Shown here: piece after piece, positions 38,507 to 51,148 of the stretch
Position numbering within the stretch: the stretch's first letter is position 1
Layout of the letters: the number at the start of each line of letters is the position of its first letter
NCBI RefSeq assembly: GCF_963921235.1
Contig: NC_086118.1
Span: forward strand, 27,344,001-27,408,000
DNA from: Mobula hypostoma
Taxonomy: Eukaryota
DNA: 64,000 bases
Direction of reading: 5' to 3'
The notes under the pieces: generated by a model
The model's database searches: none
The model's input: the letters and a program-made list of their open reading frames with translations, nothing else
What the model was told of the DNA's origin: nothing
Made by a program: the position numbers and the translations under genes

Positions 38507-41003
38507 TTTTTTATTTTAAACTTTTTATTGAATAAGTATACAAAAAGGTAAGCCATAAAGGCACTAATACACTGTTAGAATATAATAAAATTACAGGAGA
38601 TATTAATACAAAAAAATGATACAAACAATGTAATTTAAACATAACATACTAAGGTAACATAATAGTATACTAATTTTTATATATATATACCAATAGAGAA
38701 AAGGAAAAAAAAACCCCAAAAAAAACCACCGTGCAACTAACTAAAAGCAAAGCAAAGCAATGGGCTAACTTGGAACCAAACAGAGTTAAAAAACTTAAAA
38801 TCACGTCCTCAATCCCGACCTCCATTAAAAACAGTAAAAAAAACAAGGGTATATAAATATGGAGCAAAAAAAGAGGAGAAAAACAATTACATTAAATGAA
38901 AATATTGAATAAAAGATCTCCAGGTCTGTTCAAATTTAAGTGAGGAATCATAAAGATTGCTTCTAATTTTCTCCAAATTCAAGCATAATATCATCTGAGA
39001 AAACCAAAAAAAGATAGTTGGAGCATTAAGCTCTTTCCAATGTTGTAAGATACATCTTTTCGCCATTAAAGTAAGAAATGCAATCATTCTACGGGCTGAA
39101 GGAGAAAGATTACTGGAAATTTTAGGTAGTCCAAAGATAGCAGTAATAGGGTGAGGAGAGATATCTATATTCAATACCTTGGAGATAATATTAAAAATGT
39201 CTCTCCAAAAAGTTTCCAGAGTAGGACAAGACCAAAACATATGAGTTAAAGAGGCTATCTGCCCCGGACATCTATCACAAAAAGGATTAATATGAGAATA
39301 AAAGCGAGCTAATTTATCTTTGGACATATGTGCTCTATGAACAACTTTAAATTGAATTAGGGAATGTTTAGCACAAATAGAGGAAGTATTGACTAATTGT
39401 AAAATCTGCCCACAGTCATCCACGGAAATGATAGACCCCAATTCCTGTTCCCAATCTACCCTAATCTTATCAAATGGAGCTTTCCTAAGTTTCATAATAA
39501 TATTATAAATCATAGCCGATGCACCTTTCTGACATGGATTAAGGTTAATTATAGTATCTAAAATGTATGTAGGAGGAAACATTGGAAAAGAAGAAAGTAT
39601 AGTACTTAGGAAATTTCTAACTTGTAGATATCTAAAAAATTGTATTCTTGATAAATTATATTTATTAGATAATTGTTCAAAAGACATAAGGGAACCATCT
39701 AAAAATAAATCAAAAAAACCGTGAAATACCCTTAATCTTCGAAATTTGAAAAGCACGATCCGTAAAAGAGGGAGGAAAAAATATGTTACCTAAAATAGGA
39801 ATCGCTAGCCCAAATTGGTTAAGATCAAAAAATTTTCTGAATTGAAACCAAATACGTAAGGTATATTTAACTATCGGGTTAGATACCTGTTTGAGGCGTT
39901 TCAAATCAAAAGGAAGAGAGGAACCTAAAATAGAGTCAAGTGTATAGCCCTGAACAGATTGTAATTCCAATGCTACCCATTTAGGAATGGATAGTATATC
40001 CTGGTCAAGTAACCAAAATTTCATATGTCGAATATTAATTGCCCAATAATAAAATCTAAAGTTGGGTAATGCTAAACCTCCATCTCTCTCAGCTTTCTGT
40101 AAATGTATTTTACCCAGTCTCGGGTTTTTATTTTGCCAAATAAATGAAGAAATTTTTGAGTCAACTTTATCAAAAAAAGATTTTGGAACAAAGTTTGGTA
40201 ATGCCTGAAATATATATAGAAATTTTGGCAAAAAAACCATCTTAACTGCATTAATATGACCAATCAGAGTTAAATATAAAGGAAACCATTTAGATGAAAG
40301 TTGAGTAATATGGTCAATTAAGGGTAAGAAGTTAATCTTAAATAAATCTTTGTATTTACAAATAATTTCAATCCCAAGATATGAAAAATAATTATTAATC
40401 AATTTAAATGGAAAGTTATGATATAAGGGAAGTTGTTTATTAATCGGGAAAAGTTCACTCTTACTAAGATTTAATTTATAAACTGAAAAGAGACTAAATT
40501 GTGCTAATAACTCTAAAACAGCAGGGATGGATTTTTGAGGATTAGAAATATATAAAAGTAAGTCATCAGCATAGAGTGATATTTTATGGGACTTTAAGCC
40601 CCGAGTTATCCCAGTAATATTTGGAGATTCTAGAATGGCAATTGCAAGAGGTTCTAATGCAATATCAAATAATAAAGGACTAAGAGGACATCCCTGTTGA
40701 GTGCCTCGAAAAAGAGGGAAAAAAGGTGAGCTTAGAGAGTTAGTACGGACCGAGGCCACAGGAGAATGATATAACAGTTTGATCCAGGATATAAATTTCG
40801 AGCTAAAATTAAACATTTCAAGCACCTTAAATAAGTAAAGCCATTCTACTCTATCAAAAGCTTTCTCAGCATCTAAAGAGATAACACACTCAGGAACATT
40901 TTGTGAGGGGGTATAAACAATATTTAACAGTGTGCGAATGTTATAAAAAGAGTAACGACCTTTAATAAAACCCGTTTGGTCTTCCGAAATAATAAAAGGA
41001 AGG
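38507..41003 (-). mobile_element. 5'-truncated L1-clade LINE (ORF2 RT plus C-terminal cysteine-rich domain)
   Basis: DQTGFIKGR, LDAEKAFDRVEW, QGCPLSPLLF, LYADD and CDRC...HMFWSC motifs; one frameshift near 39720; AATAAA and A-rich tail; 16-bp TSD CCCTCTAGGGCTTTTC (38491-38506 and 41004-41019). Confidence 0.95.
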
Positions 41004-42799
41004 CCCTCTAGGGCTTTTCACCTGACGTTAATTGGGAGTTTGAAAACTGGAAAAGATGCTTTGCAGATCAAAGAGTTTCATGTACACATGCTGGTAAACT
41101 GAAAAATTCATGAGTGCTTCCAGAATACTTTAAGAGTGTGGAATTAGTGTATGAATTGATTCTCCCATCTGGGAAACATTGGGATAATCGGGTGCAGTTC
41201 TCCTTCACCAGTGACCACCTTTTACCTTTAGAACAGCATGGATGTGACAATCAGTTTGCTCATAGAATTTATAAAACATGTTAATGCAAAATATGTAAAA
41301 CAGCAGAGCAGATGCAATGAACCACTTGAGTTATTTTAAAAGATGTTACATTATACTTGTCTTGAATTAAACATCTTAATCCAACACTGAAAAAGTATTC
41401 TGTAGCGTGTATGTCACTGCTTGGCTTTAATATATTCTAGCATTAGACAAGGATTTAATTCCAAAATTACGCTGCTACTGTTACATGTATTGAAATAAAT
41501 GCGCTCAGACAGATACAGTTTCATTCACCCTGAATAGCTTATTTTCAGGATGCAACTAAATATTTCCATGAAATTGACAAATGGAGACCTATGCTGACAC
41601 CAAGCCAATTTGATTATGAACAGGAAGAACAAAGGAAACAATGAAACTGTTAGTTAGAAACTCCAGAGTCCAGAAATGACCAGTGTTACAGCTGGACAAT
41701 GACCATTTCATTTGCAGAGTAAATTCTGGAAATTCATTGACAATGTAATTTCAACCTGTAATTTCAGCTTGTAACTCAGGCCCAACTGGACTGGTGTTCC
41801 ACTTTATGTTGAGAAACCGGTTGTCTGAGACTGAAAAGCTATCAATCCTGCACTGTGCATTTCTAAACTTCTCCTGCAGTACTCCAAAAAGAGCATTGTG
41901 CAAGGCATGATAACCAACTGTGAGGAACTGCTGTGGAAATTTCACCAGGAGGTGCTGAGATAGTTTTCCCTCAGTGTCATGAAACAACCCAGTAATGGTT
42001 TGGTACAGGGGAGAGGTTGAGGCCAAGGCTAGAGCAGCCATGATCATCCTGAATGCTGGGCAGGCATGAGTGTCCTAGTGGCCCACTCCTGCACCGATTT
42101 TCTCATATTCTTGTTCCATTATCAAGTTTGACATGAAAGTTAACTTTGAATTACAGAAGAACAGTTTATCAGGCTGGCTTTCAAAGCACAGCATTTATCA
42201 CTCTTCAATCTCTTTGACTGATTAGAATGACTTTTACTAATGAGGGAATATCCCAATTTAAGGTTATATATCTTTGGTTTCAATTGAGACCAGCTTCTTT
42301 ATGTTCCTGACTAGGATGGATTTTCAACATGATTTCTTCTCAGATCTGCAATGACATGTCACACTACCACACAAGATACCAAGTGGCATGTTCTAGTAAG
42401 TACATTAACACACGTTATTTATCCTCAGAAGTCAGTCATTGGTCCAAAACCCTTGATCATTTATGAGGTCTGAAACAAGCAATGTCATCTCCTAAATTAA
42501 TTTGAAAAGTACATTATTAAATCCTGAACCTATAGTTTAACTTTCTCTGCAAATTCAATGTCTCAGAAAAGACATATAGTCAAATAACAAGAAACAGGTC
42601 CTTTGGCTTAACCAGTTGATGCCAGCTAAGTTTCCCATCTAAGCTAACAACTTTTGCCTATATCGCTCTCAAGCTTTCCTATCTTTGTACCTTTCCTTTA
42701 AACACTATTAATGTACCTGCCTCAATTGCTTCCTCTGTACTCTTTCCATATAAAGACCACACGCTGGATGAAAAGGTTGCACCTCATGTTCCTAAATTT

Positions 42800-43400
42800 G
42801 AGGCAACTTCGTACAGCACCTCCGCTCCATCCGGCTAAAGCGGAACCTCCTGGTAGGCAAACATTTTAATTCCCATTCCCATTCCCATTCTGACATGTCA
42901 GTCCATGACCTCCTCTTGTGCCACAATGAGGCCATGCTCAGGGTGGAGCAGCAACACCTTATATTCCATATGGAGATTGGGTAGCCTCCAACCTGATGGT
43001 AAGAATATCGATTTCTCCTTCAGATAAAAAAAATTCCCTCCACCTCCCCTCTTTCTATTCCCACTCTGGCCTCTTTCCTCTTCTCACCTGCCTATCACCT
43101 CTTGCTGAATCCCCTCCTCCTTTCCTTTCTCTTACGGTCCACTCTCCTCTCCTATCAGATTCCTTCTTCTCTAGCCCTTTATCTTCCAAGCCACCCGGTT
43201 TCAGTTATCACCTTCTAGCTAGCCTCCTTCCCCTCCCCCTACCTTTTTATTCGGGCCTCTTCCCCCTTCCTTGCTGAAGAAGGATCTCGTTCTAAAAAGT
43301 TGACTATTCATTTCCATAGATGCTGCCTGATCTGCTGAGTTCCTTCAGCATTTTTTATGTGTTACTTTGGTTTTCCAGCATCTGCGGACTTTCTCTTCCT
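42800..43400 (+). mobile_element. Older PLE 3' fragment (endonuclease end plus pLTR with a decayed hammerhead)
   Basis: HFNSHSHSHSDMSVH-like segment, CTGAAGAAGG...AAAAGTTGACT, then GATGCTGCCTG...CCAGCATCTGC. Confidence 0.75.
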
Positions 43401-43678
43401 CATGTTCCTGTGAAGTTTCTCCCTTCTGGTTCTTGATTTACTAACCCTAAGAAAAACATAGGGTAAATGTGCACAATTTTCACCCTAACGATTTCATATA
43501 ACTGCATGATATTCGCATATCTGCAATACAGTCTCTTTAAAGTATACATTATTATTAATGAACAATTGGGAAATTCATTAGCTGAGGAGGTTGTACTTTC
43601 ATCTCTGAGCTTTGCACTCAACCTAGACATGGACATAAAAGTCTCCTCAAACTCATTTCTGCAAGGCTACATCATTAA

Positions 43679-44726
43679 TGTTGCAAGGGAGCATAGGGAG
43701 CGGACCCAAGAGCAGGACACAGACACGGAAGTAGCGTTAACAGAAGTGTGTTTATTAATAGTTGCCAGGAAATCCAGGGAGTGAGGATAGAATGATTACG
43801 CGGATGAGGATGCAGGACAACAAACAAGAGGAGCTTCAACATGGACTTGGATTCGGACATCGAGCCTGGACTTGGACCCAGAGCCTGGACTTGGACTCGG
43901 ACTTGGACACAGAGCCTGGACTTGGACCCGGAGCCTGGACTTGGACTTGGACTTGGACTTGGACTTGGACCTGGAGCCTGGACTTGGACCCGGAGCCTGA
44001 ACTTGGACTTGAACTTGGACTCGGACATGGAGAGACAGAATACCCAACTCGGAGTAGCGGCAAATGGCCAGACCTACTCAGCTGGAAACGAGGCTACCAA
44101 ACTAAACAACAACAGACAATCCATATCTTGACACAGAGTAGCTCCAAGTGGCAAACGTCCCGGCAATCACTCAACTGGACACGAAGAGACAGAATTCCCA
44201 ACTTGGAGTAGTGGCAAACAGTGGACCTACTCAGCTGGAAACGAGGCGACCAAACCAAACCACAGCAGACAATCCATATCTTGACATGGAGTAGCTCATG
44301 AAGCAGCAAACGGCTGGCAATCACTCAGATGGACACGAAGAGACAGAATTCCCAACTCAGAGTAACGGCAAATGACCAGACCTGCTCAGCTTGAAATGAG
44401 TCGACAAAAACCAAACAATGACAGTCCATTTGTAGCTTGGCTCAGAGTGGTGGCAAAATGGCCGGCAACCCAGCTGGACACGAAAACGACCAAATTCACT
44501 AAGCAGCCACAGGCACCGAAGCAACTTAGAGTCCTCGATTCTCAGCGGCTCCGGGACGAGCATAGCTGAGCTGGCTCCGGTGACGAACCAGCAGTGAGTA
44601 GATGTAAGCTGGAGTTTATATGCTGCTGGTTCGAATGAAAATCAGGTGCCCTAATCAAGGAGCCCCGTAGAACACGGGGAAAAGGAAATGAACTGAAATG
44701 AGGAGTCAATGGTCTGGGCTGTGACA
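43679..44726 (-). mobile_element. Solo LTR (Gypsy-like) with internal tandem arrays
   Basis: TGT...ACA ends; 5-bp TSD ATTAA (43674-43678 and 44727-44731); (TGGACT)n array at about 43842-44030; about three copies of a 154-bp unit starting at 44034, 44188 and 44342. Confidence 0.8.
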
Positions 44727-46002
44727 ATTAAACCTTAATGAACTTAACCTAATGCTTTGTGAGCATTTGATCACACTCAGAACCTATAGTTTCATCTCGG
44801 GGATCTGCAGTAACTAATATTTTACGTGTACAGAATTGTTCAGCAGATTCAAGTGATATAAAGAACAATTACTCCAATAACATCTTTCTTCATTCAAGTA
44901 TTATAAGCATACGCTTGGGCTATCAATGATGTCCATACCTGATAATTTACAAAGATTCTCTAAATTCCATGAGGATTGTGAAAAGAGTACTCTATCTGAC
45001 ATGGATGTTGTGTTCTGAGTCTCATTAAAACACATCCAGGCTTGCTCATTTTAGTTCCAAGAGGTTAAAATATGCGTTTGAGTAAATGTAGAGAAAAATC
45101 TAATTTGCGGGATGATAGTTCAAATTTCTAAAGGACACATATGCCCAAAACTAAAAGGAAATTGCAAAATATTTTTTAATAAGTCACAAATTTATTCAAT
45201 AGTTGAATTGAATAAGGAAAACGTGGAAGGCAAAAGCCTCATGAAAGGATAGTGCAAGTGTATTATAAATGAAAAAGCCCTCCATAATGAGACCAGTCGA
45301 AGTAACATGGAAAATGCTAAGGAAATCAGCAGTTGCTGCAACTCCTTCGTTGGTTTTGATAGTTCAGAGGAATTAGACAATGGTACCTTGCCTTTCACAA
45401 GTATTTGGCAGCATCTGAGTTGCCATCAGTGACAAGCTACAGAATAAGAGAGAAGCTTAAAAGGGCAAAGTAATCGTGTTTTTTCAATGAGTTTTATCAT
45501 TCAGTGAACATTGGAATATTAAAAATGATGGTGCCTGCATTAGAGAATATCTTTTTCTAGCTAAACTGCATGTGGTCAGAAGTTTACAAATGTGGCATAA
45601 ACACAAAATTGTCTGAAGGTAATATATAATTTCAATATTGTATAGAGAACATTAGAAATATTTTCAGTTGATTGGGAAGAGTAAAAGTTAATGTACAATG
45701 AGTCCATTTAGTGGTCCTTTAACGGCAGGTTAGAAACTGTCCTTGACCTTGGTGGTATATGCTTTCAAACTTTTGTATCATCTGCCTGATGGAATTTGGG
45801 GTGGAGGTAGAGAGAATGTCAAGGGTGGGTTTTTGATTGCGCTGGCAATAAGATGTGTAGACAGAGTTCACGGAGCGTTGTTTTGTTAAAACAATAGGTT
45901 CTTAGATTCGGCTCAGATAAGGCAGAAAGACACAGAGTCCGATTATCTACATAGAACTACAAAATTATGTTTATTAGGACAGCATTAAGCATTAAAACAC
46001 TT

Positions 46003-46330
46003 AGCAGCACACACAAAATGCTGGTGGAACTCAGCAGGCCAGGCAGCATCAATGGAAATGAATGAACAGTCGATGTTTTAGAGCAGGAACCTTCTGCAGA
46101 ACTGGAAAGGAAGATTCCAGAATAAAAAGGTCAGAGGAGGGGAAGAAGGACTAGCTAGAAGGTGATAGGTGAAGCCAGGTGAGTGGGAAAAGCAAAGGAC
46201 TGGAGCAAAAGAAATCTGATTGGAGAGGAGAATGGGCCATGGGAGAAAGGGAAGAAGGAGGTGATAGGCAGGTAAGGAGAAGAGGTAAGTGGCGAGGGTG
46301 GGGAATAGAAGAAGAGAGAAGCAGCAGGGA
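46003..46330 (-). mobile_element. PLE pseudo-LTR remnant
   Basis: CACACAAAATGCTGG..AACTCAGCAGGCCAGGCAGCATC...GTCGATGTTT followed by a purine-rich tract; similar remnants at about 3003-3150 and 13590-13740. Confidence 0.7.
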
Positions 46331-46349
46331 AAAACATTTTCAAGAATCA

Positions 46350-47160
46350 ATTGATTCTGGCATGGTTCTTGACATCTGAAAAATTACAAATGTCACGCTA
46401 CTTTTCAAGTAGGGAGAGAAGCAGAAATTATAGGCCAGTTAGTTTGACCTCAGTGGTTGGGAAGATGGTGGATTCGATTGTTAAGGATGTGCTTTCAGAG
46501 GCACATGATAAAATAGACCACAGTTTGCATAGTTTCCTTAAGGGAAAATCTTCCCTGACTAATCTGTTGGAATTCTTTGAAGAAATAACAAGCAAGATAA
46601 ACAAAGGACAATCAGTGGATGTGGTGTACTTGGATTTTCAGAAGGCCTTTGACAAGGTGCCACACATGAGCCTGTTTAACATGTTACAAGCTCATGGTAT
46701 TACATGAAAGGTACTGGCATGGATAGAGCATTGGCTGACTGGCTGGAGGCAAAGAATTGGAACAAAGGGAGCCTTTTAAGGTTGGCTGCCGGTGACTAGT
46801 GGTGTTCCACAGTAGTCTGCGTTGGGACCGCTTCTTTTTATGTTAAATGTCAATGATTTGGATGATGGAATTGATGATTTCGTGGCCAGGTTTGTGGACA
46901 ATACAAAGACAGGTGGAGGGGCAGGTAATTCTGAGGAAGCAGAGACATCACAGAAGGACTTAGATAGATTAGAAGAATGAGCAAATAAGTGGCAGTTGGA
47001 ATACAGTATCGGGAAGTGTATGGTCATGCACTTTGGTAAAGCAAGTAAACACATAGCTTATTTTCTAATTGGAGAGAAAATCCAAAAATCTGAAGAGGCT
47101 TGGGAGTCCTTGTGCAGGATTCCCTAAAGATTACTTTGCAGGTTGAATCGGTGGTGAATA
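46350..47160 (+). mobile_element. Decayed CR1 ORF2 RT fragment
   Basis: NYRPVSLTSVVGK...[13 protein letters not shown]. Confidence 0.85.
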
Positions 47161-49469
47161 TGTGGGCATTGTTACTAGGAAAATAAATTTTTCTGAAGTC
47201 TAAATTTATTAACTGAATTTTATCTCTATAACTTTAGTAGGGGGAATCTAACTTTGCATTGATAAATTAGACTTCTGAGCTTTTAGTCTGGAAACTCTAA
47301 CTACCATACATTGAAAAGTTTAAAAATATTATGCATTTAATATTAATAAATATATTTATTGAGTAAACTCTTACTCTTCTCTATCCTTGAACACCAATCA
47401 ATAATTCTGTTTCTCCATTTTGCCACCATAATCAAGGAAACATCCTTGTCACTGGTCTGTCTAAGATGGCAAGAAATTGTGAAGAGTTCTTCAGTCTATG
47501 ACAAAAACTAACAACTCCTTGTACTGTAAAACATTAATCTTCATACTTGTCGTATGTCTCACCACTCTGACCTTGAATGTAACAGAACGTTGATTGCTAC
47601 AATGGGAATACAACCATGAGAATCCAGTACCACCATGGGAACATGAAAGTTAGGTAAAGACAGAGATGGGACTTGTGAGGAATGGTGATAAGTGGTTATT
47701 GGTTCTGATTTAATGGATTGAGATGGTGCTGTGTATTGGTCCACTTAGTGCAGCATTTCATATCAGTGGAAAGGGTATAAAAGTAAGGTGGTCAGGGATT
47801 TGGGAGTAGTTTTTCAGGGTGTCAACAATGGGCTGGTTGTGAATAGTGCTATGGATCAAGTGGGAGGATTGCTTCAGTGAGAGGAGCCCATGCACAACTG
47901 ATTAGGTGTTTTAATTCCTATTGTTTTAACAAAACAATTTGGCATAGTCGGCAAAGGATTTGGCAGGTGCAGTAGAAAGCAAGAATGTTTACGAAAATGT
48001 TTAGAAGTAAGAGTCAGAAGGAAGAACCCCGTGCAAAGAATACCGAGTACTGGGGTGGGCCAATAACTCTGTGGGATTTGGGAGCCTGGCCAATTGGGTC
48101 GCAGATTTTAGTGTGCTGGTAGACTGGGTGGAAAATCTGGACACCTCAGAGTTAAAGATGGGACACTGTCTCTTGTGTCCGTATTAACGAGGTTAGGTTT
48201 TCCGGGCATTAAAGGTTTTCTGGCTGCTGGTGACCATCAGGAAACAAAATGAGACAATCTCTTGAAAAGAGGGGGAAATAGGGAATCTTAAACATAAGGT
48301 GGAGGTATTGAAGCAGTGCTGCATGATCATGGCCCTGGCCGTCTGGTCGGTGCAGAGCTGGGCTGAGCAGGTGGAGCCAAAGAGAGTCAACATTGCCTGC
48401 CACCTGTCCAAGGTCTGTCAGCAGGAATTGCATGAAAGTTTAATTGAAGATCCAGGCTCTTATTTTAAAGGGCGATGATGCTGATGCCCGGGATGGAGAT
48501 ATTTAGTTTGATGGCGAGCATTGGGAGAAGAGGGTGGAAAGGCATTCTTCTCCCTGTGCCCTCAAGCCTTGAAAGTGCAACAGACTAGGGCTACTATGCC
48601 CACAGAAACGTGGTCTGACAGATTTTCCTCTGCAAGCACCCCTCAGCCTGCAGCGCAACCGTGCATCCTGGGACAATGTGTCATCCAGCTAAGGGAAGGG
48701 CAGGAATGGAGATCAAAAATGTTGACCACTATGGACTGCTTCTACAAGGAATTGGTTTAGTTGAATTTTCTGTACAGATAGAAATCAGGGTTATCACAGT
48801 GTTGTTAAGGATACGAGAGAGATGTAGGGCAATATGCTGCGGATGGCACTTCTGGCAGAACAGGGAATAGAGCGCCTGAACACCCAATAAATATCTAAAA
48901 GGAGGTGATAGTGTACTTCCTTACATTGCAGAAATGCCCATGATTGTGATCTTAACTAATACCTTTCTCAGAATGTTGTATGAATATGCTTGCTGTCTGA
49001 ACATATTGTAGTGTTGGGTGTGCTGTTGGATTCCAAAGCTTTCAGGCATGGGAGCACTGATCCCGTCCCTCTGAATGATACTGAAAACTGGGGATGGAAT
49101 GAACCCATCATGAATTTGATGGGACTGTAAAATAGGGTCCACTTAAGGGATGGTACATGCCAGCCTATGATCAGAGTAAGAACAATGTACTAACATTAAA
49201 TGTAATACTGTGATCCAGCAATAATTGCCATTGTCATTGTGATGGGCAGGCTCGATGAGGAATGACTTGTGTACCTCTATGCACCTCAATAGTACAGAGC
49301 AGTGTGGCACTACTACAGTGGGGATATACTGTTTTGGGGCATGTTTGCTTTCCATGTTGAATGGCAGATACTGGGTGTTCAGCTCCCAAGCCTACCCCTG
49401 ACTCCCCACAGGATGGTCTGGCTGCTGCTACCTGAGATATGTTGGAATAGACTATAATTGATATTTCTT

Positions 49470-49607
49470 GCAACACACACGTACATTTTGGGCCAGAACG
49501 TCGACTGTACTTCTTTTCCATAGATGCTGCCTGGCCTGCTGAGTTCCTCCAGCACTTTATACGTGTTGCTTGGAATTCCAGGAACTGCAGGTTTTCTCCT
49601 GTTTGCA
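49470..49607 (+). mobile_element. Short PLE pLTR insertion
   Basis: AACGTCGACT...GATGCTGCCTGGCCTGCTGAG; 14-bp TSD AATTG(A/T)TATTTCTT (49456-49469 and 49608-49621). Confidence 0.75.
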
Positions 49608-49670
49608 AATTGTTATTTCTTTGTTGTTTTAACTCTTTTATGCCTGTTTGTATTTCATATAATATGCATG

Positions 49671-50453
49671 TGTAATTCCCTGGTTAAGATTTCTACAGCT
49701 ATGCTGTGAGGAAGTTATTTTAGCAGGTTTCTGTAAAAGCAGTGTGTCTGCTGGTGAGTGATTCGGGTTCGGCTGAAGATAAGGAGCCAAGTTGATCAAC
49801 TTAGGAATATTGTGTCAGCCAATCGTGATATAGAGAGAAGGTTCTAGCGAGAGCTAAGCAGTGAGAGATTTCTGGTGGACAGCAGTCAGGTTCATGGTCT
49901 TTTGGTGGGAGATGTGGAGGAGAGAAGATCAGGGAAGATGCCTGGATGATCCTATCCAAAGGGAAGAACTTAATGCAAGAAGTGCTTTGCAAGATGACGG
50001 AGTCCAAGAAAGGAAGTTCTGCCTGTGATTGGTGATGAGAATTCAGCGGCACGAGTAAAGCGGTATACCTGACCAATACAGACATGAGCTCCAATATTTA
50101 TGTGCACATTTAGACTGGCTTATTTGTAATGGAACCTTTTCTTTTTCCTATTAACCATTTGATAACGCTGAAATTGGTAAATATACTTTCTTTATAATTT
50201 TATGCTGGTGTACGATCTGTTATTTCTTGGCAACTGATAATTGTGCATGGTCAGTATTTACACAGCATTCGCTCAAATCGAGGTTCCTTTAATCAGAATT
50301 CCCAATGTTCCTGTTTGGTTTTACCTCAAATTATCCCAACCCTAGACATATATTGCTTATGAAAGATGGCCTTCTCACCGTTGAGTCATGTGGCTGTTAA
50401 CAGAATTAGCTATTGAGCCAAGTTTGTATACAAGCCCTGGTGAGATGGTTACA
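49671..50453. mobile_element. Solo LTR related to 363-1883
   Basis: TGTAA...GGTTACA termini; TSD CATG/CATA; its start resembles TGTAACGCCCTGGG..GGTTTC of the first LTR. Confidence 0.6.
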
Positions 50454-51148
50454 CATATAATTATGCATAATTCCTTGGTGGTCACAGTATGTGGATGCAA
50501 TTGATGATTTTGCTCCCTAGTACTTACAGTTCTTCGTATTTTTCTGGAAGCTTCCTTGCTATTGATTATTGCTATCTGATTGGTTAACTCTTAGCTACAA
50601 ATTTGAATAGAATGTCTCTTATCTATGGTACAAAAAGAGCTGAGCCCGTTAGTCTGCGATCTTTGCTTCAACTTTTCCTTCCACTACTGCCTCTTGCTAC
50701 TCTCCATTTCCAATTCATTTTATTATGCTCTATTGGTGCATAATAAAATGATCAATTAATGCTTCTCTCTTGACATCTGAAAGAAGCTTGAATCATAAAC
50801 ATCAGAATCCACCATGCATTGATGATCTGGCCGATCACCCAGCACACAAATCCAAAGGTCAGAAAAGGGGTATCAATGAGGCTGATTGGTTCTGGATGAT
50901 GCCTTCCCCTAACCCTGCCCCCGCCCACCCATTTGGTGCTGCCCAGTTATCAAAGCAAAGGAAGTCAGGAGAGGAGTATGGACATCCTTAAGACAGAGAA
51001 TATAACAGATTTAGCTGCTCATGTCCAATGGTTGGTAGGTAAAATAGGTAAGCTGGGAGATCAGTTCCATAACTATTATACTCTAGCAGTGAGTTAGTGG
51101 CCCTTTGAAGTGCCAGGGGCCTGGTGTGCTACCATAGTGCACTGGGTG

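Noticed and set aside
43675..44211. ORFs with (PS)n, (VQ)n, (WT)n and (LG)n tracts
   Set aside because: These are translations of the TGGACT hexamer array.
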